From Albugo candida (taxonomy: Eukaryota), in assembly GCA_040437565.1 (NCBI GenBank), contig JBDOQK010000012.1, forward strand, positions 434,001 through 498,000: a stretch of 64,000 nucleotides of DNA. The letters are read 5' to 3'. Shown here one piece after another: positions 35,391 through 45,513 of the stretch. The translations under genes were made by a program, and so were the position numbers. Below the pieces are notes generated by a model that worked only from the letters and a program-made list of their open reading frames with translations, did no database searches and was not told the DNA's origin. The stretch's first letter is position 1; each line of letters opens with the position of its first letter.

Positions 35391-37521
35391 TTGCTGATGT
35401 AGCGGTAGCTGAGGTAGTCGATATCGTGCGATAGCCACACAAACCGAACATGAGGCTTTCCATACCGACCAAACTTGATGAAAAGAGCGCCATGTTGCAA
35501 CAGCTCAAGTCGATGGTGTACGCGTTCGGAATTAGCCTTCCCAGCATCCGGTCCATTCATCAAATCTACCATGGAAAGCTCCGAAGAAGAAGCCATTCCG
35601 ACGTCAGAATTGGAAAGCCTTCTCGGCAAAGGATGCACTTCGGCCTCTTTCTCGATAAGCGTCCCGGAAATGCTCGTATCGTCCTCACTATCGGAATGTT
35701 GCACAGAATATACTTTTTCTCTTCCGGGACTCTTGGCTGTGCTTAAAGACGTGGATTTCATGGCTTTCGATTGTCGCGTGTTATGCGGGTGGAATGCATC
35801 CGAGTACTGCTCCAATGCTTTTCGGAGCTGTACAGTATCGAGCTTTTGTTCCGATAATCGCTTCTCAAGTGCCTCTATGATGCGCTCTTGTTCGGAGCTT
35901 TTTTGTTGCAATTCCGTTGCGGTGGTTGTCATTGAAATGGTATTTTTCTTAGACACGAGCAAACATCCGATCGCGTACTTCATTCCCAATTGCCAAATGT
36001 GCTGCATGCTTTCCACCACCAAAGGATGTCCAAAGAGCTCCCGATTCGAATCCAACGGAGATGGGATTTTGTCCACCAGATCGTGGCATGTTTTCCAGTC
36101 CAAATCGTCGGAAAGGCTACTGGTGGGATTCCAACGAGAAAGCGTACGCTCTTGGTCTTTTACACGCAATGATAGTACGCGGTTCTCCTCTGTCGTTTCT
36201 TTCCAGCGCTCCTTCTCATTTACCATCGCCCCATTTTGCACTTCCAAGTCGGAAATGCGAGCTCGTAGTTTCTCTCTCTCTGCTTCCAATTTGGCTCGAA
36301 GCTTTTCCAGAGCGACGACACGTTTATGAGCGTCAATTTCCTGATTCACCATCAAATTGACAACGATTTCCGAGCAGCGCTGCATGAAACGGCATGTGGA
36401 AATAGACTCATCCATGTATTCGGCTTCAGGATTGAGTGTAGCGATGAAAACAGACTTACAATTGCCACCCAAACTGGCACGCAACACGCTGGTTAGCATG
36501 GAATTTCGGTATGGAATATGTGCTGCTTTTTGGGTCTTTTTCTGGGCACGAAGCGATACAATCACATTCTCCAAATGATGCAAAGAAAGATTGATATATG
36601 TGCCTTCACGACGCATCCGTTGCGAGTTTTGATGCTTATACACGCGTTCCGAGCCAGCGAGGTCCACAAGATGTAATTTGGATGTTGTAAGTATATCAGA
36701 GTCCAAAGATCGCGCTTTGACCATGATACAAAAGACTGCATGAGATCGCGAGGATGCTTGGTTCATTGGAGTTTCGCTGGTAATTCGATTCATATTGCCC
36801 ATGAACATCAATTTCAATGCTTGCTCTTCCGATTTCGTCTCGTACACGCTACAATCAGATCGCATGAGACACAGAAAAAAAGCCGCGAGGTCTCACCTGA
36901 GGTTCCGGAAATGTAACTCTCGCTCATCGTCGTCCATCAATAAGACCTTGTTCCATTCCTCGATCGGCAGATTGGCGTGGGAGCTGTACAAAAAAGGTTC
37001 AAACGCAACGAACGCTGGAAAAAGAAGGATATGCACCTGTCCAGTAGATCGTACACGTTCTCATTGTAGATCTCCATGTACGAGATATAACACGTGTATT
37101 CGATGCGAGGCTGACGATCGATTTCCTGGAATACGCGTGATATAGCCCGGGCAAGGATGCCGCGTTCACGATAATGATCTCCGCCTGTCATCGTATACGT
37201 CTTCCCCGATCCAGTCTGACCGTACGCCAAAATGGTCGCATTGTATCCGCCCAGGACAGATACAACCAAATCGTTGCAAATTGTATCGAAAATCTCTTGT
37301 TGAGAGGTCTCGGGGCCGTATACATTGTCGAATGGAAATTGAAGAGAATCTCTCAGTTTCATAGACAATTGGCCGTCGTCATCCTCTGATGATGGGAATG
37401 TGACGATGGCGCTTTGCTTCCCATTCGCAAGGTCAGGTCGGTGCACAGAAAACTTGGATGTATCGCAGCCAGGACGAGGAGGTCGTATGCGAGCAAAGGT
37501 GCCAATGTGCCATGCGACCAT
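35066..37521 (-). CDS. Kinesin motor protein (kinesin-9, KIF6/KIF9-like) with coiled coil and C-terminal PH domain, multi-exon
   Basis: FARIRP, GYNATILAYGQTGSGKTYTMTG, YMEIYNENVYDLL, MNQASSRSH, LVDLAGSER, YINLSLHHLE, HIPYRNSMLT, ESISTCRF. PH domain runs from GALFIKFGRYGKPH to RTLDLE, plus last exon RNEWVDALR; stop at 35066-35068. Confidence 0.9.
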
Positions 37522-37662
37522 CAGATTAGCGACGAAGCGTTCAGGAGGCCAAATATAGCCAAAATGGAAGCGAAGAGGAAAACGGACGAAAAAAAGTGTA
37601 AATGTAATTAGCGTTTTGAGACTAAATCTGATCCAATGCAAAAAATTCTCAAAAACTTGACT

Positions 37663-38280
37663 TTATTCGAGTTTGGTGGCAATATTTTTTGCGGCATCGG
37701 AGGTGACTTGAAGAACCGAATCGAATGCTCCGACATGTGGAGCAATATACGGTTTAATCACGTTATGATAGATGACATTGGCTCCCTAGTGAGCAAGTGT
37801 GAGACGAGCTCCATGTTTAGAGACGATTGCTATCGTACCAATGTATTGGGATGATAACACCACACGAGAAATCCAGTTTTGAGCAAGAAATACAGTGGGA
37901 TCCTATGATACGAATTGTGAAAATTAGTCGAGGAAACAATCGAAATGCAGCTCAGCTTACCAGGACAATAGAAGATCGGTGATCGGCTCTGTAATGTTGT
38001 AAAATGCAAATACGACCCAGTATGTGAGCCATTGTGTGTCGTCCGCAACGTCGGAGGAGCTCAGCGCTTTGAAGGATTGATACGCGGGGTACAAGAAGCC
38101 CAAAAGCTTGACAATGAGACGAGCGCCGCCTATCACGAATAGAAATACGCCCAATACCAATAAACCCGCTGAGAAAATGTAAAACTTTTCGATTCCTGTT
38201 TTTTCCTCCAACTCTTTCAACTTTGAGTATTTTTCCAAGCGCTTGGAAATCATTCCTTTGTATTCGTGAGCTTTTTCCAT
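37663..38280 (-). CDS. YOP1: TB2/DP1/HVA22 family ER-shaping protein (YOP1/REEP5-like), 3 exons
   Basis: LGFLYPAYQSFKAL, DDTQWLTYWVVFA, W/IPLYFLLKTGFLVWCYHP, GANVIYHNVIKP; stop TAA at 37663-37665. Confidence 0.92.
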
Positions 38281-38339
38281 GATTGCTTATGTGCGGCAGT
38301 TGGACTCTGAATCAATTCGCGCCCCCTTCTGCTTTTCTA

Positions 38340-38530
38340 CCAATACATTCTTGTCGTCTGGAATGAAGTGTCTATGATTGGATAGCTGTGGTTATTAATA
38401 CCCAATGACGTAGACTTGCCACGCTGATCGAAGTAACTACAATTAAGCCAATCTCATCATGATTCTTTCAGTTTGACGTTTGGATTGGCTATATCCTTTT
38501 ACAACCAATCAATCAGAGTCCTCTGATTGG
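38340..38530. promoter_or_regulatory. CCAAT-box cluster in the divergent YOP1 / FYVE-PI3K promoter
   Basis: Seven CCAAT/ATTGG pentamers starting at 38340, 38377, 38402, 38448, 38484, 38505 and 38526. Confidence 0.5.
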
Positions 38531-38672
38531 TTAACCATGTCATGTGTAACCCTACAGCAAATACGGTACTGTCTCAGCCTTCTTTATGACAAAAATAAGC
38601 GCAAAAGGTGTCGAAAGTCTGCCTTTGCAATAGAATTCAGAGGCACAAGTGAATACGACACGAGAAATCGAT

Positions 38673-41600
38673 ATGAGTTATCAGACACAATACGCAAACA
38701 CAATTGCAAACGACTCCAATCCTACCGATCTGTCTTTTTCGCAGCTCTTAGAGGTCCAAAGCTGGCACACACAACAAAGACGTCGAACCCAGCAGCGAGT
38801 ACCGCATACGTTACAGAACGAAAGCACTCCAACAATAAAAAAACATAGAAAAGCATCACAAAGGCATCCTCTTGGATTAGTCGAAGAAGAAGGCGATGAA
38901 AATTGCGTGCAGGAGGCTGATGGACGAGAAGAGAATTGTCATTCGCGTGCTGAGGAAGGGTGGATGACTGGAGATGATTGTCATGTTGGAGAGGATGTTT
39001 ATCGCTTCGTACAGCCGCGAAGATTATCCTCATGGGTGCAGGATGACGCTGTATTCGCTTGTTTCAAGTGTCATACGGTGTTTTCCTTATTAGTGCGAAA
39101 GCATCATTGCCGGTAGGTGCATTGTCTACGACAATCGACAGATTATCTGATATCGCTTTTCTAGTGCTTGTGGTCGCATTTTTTGTGCTTCGTGCTCGAG
39201 TCAACGTGTTGTCATTCCTGCGGACTACGAGTCCACTCCTGTGACATCTCATTCCCGACCTCCATACGCTTCGCTCACAACAAATGCCTCGGATTGGATT
39301 GGAAATATTGGCTGCTACCTGCTTTCATATTCTCATACGAGTCAAGAATCGTTTGAGACGTCTTCGACTCTTGCTCAAGTTCCTGCATTGAATCACTTGG
39401 ATCACGGCTCATCGAGTCATCAGCAAGAAGCTTTCATGAAACAAATTCAGCGCTTACAACACGAACAAATTGTATCGAATTTTGTTCCATGTAGCGTACG
39501 AACGACGAATTCTTTATCGACGACTTATACGCGGTCTATCAACTCGTTTTCATCTTCTCATGTTCCAGAAGGAAGCGTTCTCCAGCGTGTGTGTGACGAT
39601 TGCGCATGTGCTTTACAACAGCGACATCAGCACTACAATACTATGCGAGTTTTTGAGCTATGTGAATTCGACCTGAAAGAGCTTCGAGTCTTGGGACAAG
39701 TTTGTCGTCGATGGCATCGGGCGTCTGTCATGTGTCTATCTACTTTCCGGCAGATTCAATACTACCTTCCTACGCATCGTCTGTCGAAAAAGGAGNNNNN
39801 NNNNNNNNNNNNNNNNNNNNNNNNNNNNNNNNNNNNNNNNNNNNNNNNNNNNNNNNNNNNNNNNNNNNNNNNNNNNNNNNNNNNNNNNNNNNNNNAAGAA
39901 GAAGGCGATGAAAATTGCGTGCAGGAGGCTGATGGACGAGAAGAGAATTGTCATTCGCGTGCTGAGGAAGGGTGGATGACTGGAGATGATTGTCATGTTG
40001 GAGAGGATGTTTATCGCTTCGTACAGCCGCGAAGATTATCCTCATGGGTGCAGGATGACGCTGTATTCGCTTGTTTCAAGTGTCATACGGTGTTTTCCTT
40101 ATTAGTGCGAAAGCATCATTGCCGGTAGGTGCATTGTCTACGACAATCGACAGATTATCTGATATCGCTTTTCTAGTGCTTGTGGTCGCATTTTTTGTGC
40201 TTCGTGCTCGAGTCAACGTGTTGTCATTCCTGCGGACTACGAGTCCACTCCTGTGACATCTCATTCCCGACCTCCATACGCTTCGCTCACAACAAATGCC
40301 TCGGATTGGATTGGAAATATTGGCTGCTACCTGCTTTCATATTCTCATACGAGTCAAGAATCGTTTGAGACGTCTTCGACTCTTGCTCAAGTTCCTGCAT
40401 TGAATCACTTGGATCACGGCTCATCGAGTCATCAGCAAGAAGCTTTCATGAAACAAATTCAGCGCTTACAACACGAACAAATTGTATCGAATTTTGTTCC
40501 ATGTAGCGTACGAACGACGAATTCTTTATCGACGACTTATACGCGGTCTATCAACTCGTTTTCATCTTCTCATGTTCCAGAAGGAAGCGTTCTCCAGCGT
40601 GTGTGTGACGATTGCGCATGTGCTTTACAACAGCGACATCAGCACTACAATACTATGCGAGTTTTTGAGCTATGTGAATTCGACCTGAAAGAGCTTCGAG
40701 TCTTGGGACAAGTTTGTCGTCGATGGCATCGGGCGTCTGTCATGTGTCTATCTACTTTCCGGCAGATTCAATACTACCTTCCTACGCATCGTCTGTCGAA
40801 AAAGGAGAAGAAGCTCCTTATCATTAATCGTAGATTTCTCAGTGGTCACACAAAATGGCTCTTACAATTGCTCAAGGCCGTGGATTTCTCACAAGAAGAT
40901 ATCGACAGTACTGAAGGAGCACAATTGATAGAACAAGTGTTTGCGATCTTGCAGCAACCACGACAGTATAAATGCATGCTGACAATGTGCTCTCGTCTTT
41001 GCAAAAGTGCTGTTGGAAGTGTGGATGCATTAGAAATTCTTTCAGATGAGCGCGTCCGGAACCATCGAATTCGGGCAATGAGTGTCGATGCATTGACTAA
41101 CACAGCCACAGAAAATGAATGGCTGAGCTTCCTTCCGGTCTTACTGCACAGTCTCAGCCTTGAACTCAATGCAATACAGAGCAATCTTGGAATTGCTTTG
41201 ATTCGTCAAGCTCAACGGAATGTACGATTCTGCTACGATCTTTATTGGGGACTGACAGTCATGTCGGAGGATCCATCCTGGCGTCGAAAATTCGACGGTA
41301 TGCGTCAACGCCTACTTTTACAAATCGCCTCGTTCGCACTGAATGGTCCATATGAGAATCTTGCCGAGCAGCTATTGAGAGGTCAGGAGTTTGTCGATTT
41401 GTTGTGGAAGCTTCCAGCACGAGATGAGGTGGCAAACACAAAAGAAAGCTTACAACTTTGCATTGTCAAGTCCAAGATATTTGATCTCTTACAACCATTG
41501 CGATTGCCAGTGGATCCGTTTGTTTGCGTGTCTGGTATCGACTACGATGTACTCGAAATCAAACGAAGCGCCGAAGCACCAATGATCATCACATGTACTG

Positions 41601-42616
41601 GGGCTGTGCGTGAGGTACAAGAGCCAACTGAAGGATTGGAAGGTTTGGAGTCCGAGCAAGCGTGGAACCAAAACACGCGACTGACACCATCATCAGCCCT
41701 ATCCACCTATCGAATCATGTACAAACGTGACGATCTGAGGAAAGATGCAATCGTCCAAAATATCATCAATGTGATGTATCTCATACTGAAGCAAGAGACG
41801 CGTTTGGATATTCCGTTAGTGACGTATCGAGTGCTTCCCACTAGCAGCTTTGATGGACTGATTGAGATTGTTGAAGACGCGCACACCTTGTATTCAATCA
41901 TTCGCGATCATTCCAACATCCTCAATTTCCTGCATCATTACAACGGTCATCGGACACTCAGTGAGATCTCCGGTTCTTTTAGAGAGAGTCTGGCCGCTTA
42001 CACTGTCATTACCTTCCTGTTGGGCGTTGGCGATCGCCATGCAGACAATGTGATGCTCACTAAAGACGGCATTCTTTTCCATATTGACTATGGTTTTATA
42101 CTTGGAAAGGATCCAAAGCCTCTACAGCCTCCAATGCGTTTGGATCATTTTATGATTGAAGCACTCGGTGGGACTCAAACACAGCAATACGAACAATTCA
42201 AACAGCTTTGTGTTATTGCGTTCAACTGTTTACGTCGTCATGTGAGTCTGTTTATGATAATGTTGTCGCTGGTCGTGAAAGCGATACCGGAAATTACGGA
42301 TTTTGGAATGAATTACACGCGCAGCGATTTGGAAGCTTTTGTTGTCGAACGATTCCTTCCCGGACAATCGGACGAAGAGGCAGCGACAGCACTGATGCTG
42401 CGGATGGAAGGGAAATTCAATGAGAAAATTGGACTTCAACTGAGCGATTTTGTCCACGCACATGCGAATGAAAAGACCGTATCAAAGGGAATGTTATCAG
42501 TGGGATCTTCCGTGAAACTCGGCGTCGAAACAGTGGAAGCGACCGTTTCTACAGTTGCGAGCTCGATTACTCAAGGTGCATCTTCTATTTACAAATATAT
42601 GTGGGGAACATCGTGA
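38673..42616 (+). CDS. FYVE-domain phosphatidylinositol 3-kinase-family protein (Vps34-like catalytic motifs); 38884-39795 duplicated across a gap
   Basis: WVQDD..C..C...FSLLVRKHHCR/ACGRIFCASC...RVCDDC (FYVE, intron in phase); PIK helical FLPVLLHSL; kinase motifs YKRDDLRKD, LGVGDRHADNVM, FHIDYGFILGKDPKP. Confidence 0.9.
38884..40807. repeat. Gap-flanking direct duplication 38884-39795 / 39896-40807 (probable artefact)
   Basis: Identical at offset 1012 around the N-run 39796-39895. Confidence 0.85.
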
Positions 42617-42746
42617 TGAGCAGTGCAAGTGATAAGGCTTTTATTATGGAGCATTAGTGAGCTTATATTTGGGTGTAAAGGTTGGATGCAGATAGACATT
42701 TTACTTATTGTACAGTTCACTCTGACTGGAAAGAAGACATTATCGA

Positions 42747-44985
42747 TCAGCGGGATGCAGCTGGCACTGGATGGGGATCGCTACTGGAATAATGATCGAG
42801 CTCTTTTTGTAACACTGAATTCTCCAAAGGAGTCGAAAGAAAATGCTGTAGCACATTTGATCCATTTTCGCCAAGTGACATGTTCATTTCGGCAATATGA
42901 GGCTCGCTCACATCTGCTTCAGGATCTTGAGTTACTGAATGAGTGACGTCTTCTTCAGTACTATCTAGCGACTCAGCTCCCGATTTGGATGCAGCTTTCC
43001 TCTTTTGACGTGCTAGTACACGGCTTGATCCGACTTCGAAAGGAGTCGAAGCGCCTGAACCGATGCCCAGGTAGCACCGTTGACCCATGTCTTCAATAAG
43101 AATAAAAGCTTCAAATTGCACGTAATACTTGATGTGTCGCCGTTTGCATTTTCCAGGATTCTCATTATCCACGTACTTCCATACTTTTGGTTTGAAGGCA
43201 AAGCCTGCTGACTTGAGCCCAGGTCTGTCCGTAGTTCGTTCTCCAGTAATCCAGGAATCCCTCATCTCCTCCATTTCTTTGAGTTTGACAGTCTTTCCGG
43301 CCATACTTTCAAGATTAACGTCCTCCGCAAAGCGGGATGTGATATTATCGAGAGAGTGAATTCGACCAAGGATCACCACATCATCAACGAATGCATCTAT
43401 GTTGAGCAGCGATACCTCGATTTCGACGCGACCTCGACACTTTCCNNNNNNNNNNNNNNNNNNNNNNNNNNNNNNNNNNNNNNNNNNNNNNNNNNNNNNN
43501 NNNNNNNNNNNNNNNNNNNNNNNNNNNNNNNNNNNNNNNNNNNNNAGCTTTCCTCTTTTGACGTGCTAGTACACGGCTTGATCCGACTTCGAAAGGAGTC
43601 GAAGCGCCTGAACCGATGCCCAGGTAGCACCGTTGACCCATGTCTTCAATAAGAATAAAAGCTTCAAATTGCACGTAATACTTGATGTGTCGCCGTTTGC
43701 ATTTTCCAGGATTCTCATTATCCACGTACTTCCATACTTTTGGTTTGAAGGCAAAGCCTGCTGACTTGAGCCCAGGTCTGTCCGTAGTTCGTTCTCCAGT
43801 AATCCAGGAATCCCTCATCTCCTCCATTTCTTTGAGTTTGACAGTCTTTCCGGCCATACTTTCAAGATTAACGTCCTCCGCAAAGCGGGATGTGATATTA
43901 TCGAGAGAGTGAATTCGACCAAGGATCACCACATCATCAACGAATGCATCTATGTTGAGCAGCGATACCTCGATTTCGACGCGACCTCGACACTTTCCCC
44001 ACATAAAATCGTGTGCTTTGAAATCTTCGAGGCGAATTAGCGAATAATCTCCATACGCTTGGCAGTTTGGAAAACACTGGAGATTGCGTCGTCCATTTCG
44101 CCAGTATTTTTGATGCAAAGATGTCACAACTCGAATGATGGCTTCTGGTCGGCAATATTCTCCAGGTTGCTGATCGACTGCTGAGTACATGCTTCCATAT
44201 GATTGGTGAAAGTCTTCAGGTGTTTGCTTCTCGTGACCATAAATGTCTGGTATACCAGGCGTAATTGGAGGGAACAATGGATGGGAAAGCGAAGGAAAGT
44301 GGTCCACTTCTGGTGTTTGTGGATACCCGAATCGAGGCTCCTGTTCTTGAAGTGGAGGGAAGAACATTGGCCTACTGGGTAGTGAGTTTTGCGGTACGCT
44401 CAAGCGATTAGTATCTTCATACCCGTGGTACAAAGGCGTTGGAGTTCTATTTGAGAGAGTTGGATCCATGTATTTCTTGAAATTGACGTAGTCCATGGTT
44501 AGTGGCTCTGTGAGAAATGAGTTCGAGCAGGAAGATGACGGAAACAGCATAGATTTTTGACTCTGTTCTGGCTGATCACAAATCGAGAAATGCTGATGCT
44601 GATACTGATTCAGCGCAGACGACATCAAGTAGTTGTAATTATAATAATTTGGGTGCTGAGGGTCTACGCCCGAGGCGTTGCACGGCGCATTTTGCCCTTG
44701 GTAGGCTGAAGGTCGGTCCATACGACACGAGTCAGAATGAGACGGACAAAGGTGAGAGTGTGACATTTTGGGAAAGTCTAAGAAGGCATTGGTGTTGGAC
44801 GTGTAAGCTGGCACATTGCTGGGGTACGGCTGACGAAAGTACTGCTTGGGCGCAATTTGGTGTATTTTATCAGTGGATGCGGGTGGATGTAGGATTCCTC
44901 TCAGTGAAGGTTCAACTTTAGCTCTCTTACTGACTTTTTGGGAATAACTGTTGTGACAGTGAATGGGGCGCTTATCGGATTGCAT
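42747..44985 (-). CDS. Hypothetical protein with P/Q/S/Y-rich N-terminus and a compact globular C-terminal domain (transcription-factor-like); 42993-43445 duplicated across a gap
   Basis: ORFs 43384-45012 and 42747-43379 overlap exactly once the 553-bp duplication is collapsed. The domain runs KYWRNGRRNLQCFPNC ... VQFEAF ... STPFEVGSSR and is followed by basic RQKRK. Confidence 0.8.
42993..43998. repeat. Gap-flanking direct duplication 42993-43445 / 43546-43998 (probable artefact)
   Basis: Identical at offset 553 around the N-run 43446-43545. Confidence 0.85.
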
Positions 44986-45513
44986 CACTATCTTTGTTGC
45001 ACCGTGTAACAATAGCGAAATGAGTTGTACGTGAACGTGAGAACGTTAGTTGGATAAACGAGTGGCTACTACTATTGGCTTGAAATTTGAAAATGAAGCG
45101 AAAAACGGAAGAACTACAAAGACTGGAGCTCATCGTTTACCCCCACATCTTGTACGATTGAACGATTTTTGGGGGAAAACCCTTTTCATACAATTTCGAA
45201 TACTCTTCGAAGGAATATCTGTCTGAATATATGATATATAGGTTGAGTTTGGGATACGTTGTGTTTGATCGTAAACACTATCAGCGATTTGTATAGGGAC
45301 ACACTTTTTTTGCCTCCTGGCAAGTTGAATAGTAACGTATGGTCGTGACCTCCTGTAATATATACAGCTGCCATCTGGTCGCACGAATCTTTCAGTCCAA
45401 GCTGATTGGATGACTCCCTGGTTCGAACACAGGCTCTCGTTTGATTGCGCTTTGGGTTGAGCTACACTCTGGCTGAAAGTATACAATGGACAGGTAAACA
45501 GTATATGCGCTTT

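Noticed and set aside
38884-40807. Two tandem FYVE domains in the PI3K
   Set aside because: The second FYVE comes from the gap-flanking duplicate.
1002-42616. Functional cluster of trafficking/phosphoinositide genes (BET3, TBC, PI4K, TMCO4, GONST, YOP1, PI3K)
   Set aside because: These classes are abundant in eukaryotic genomes and are interspersed with unrelated genes; no operon-like evidence without an enrichment test.
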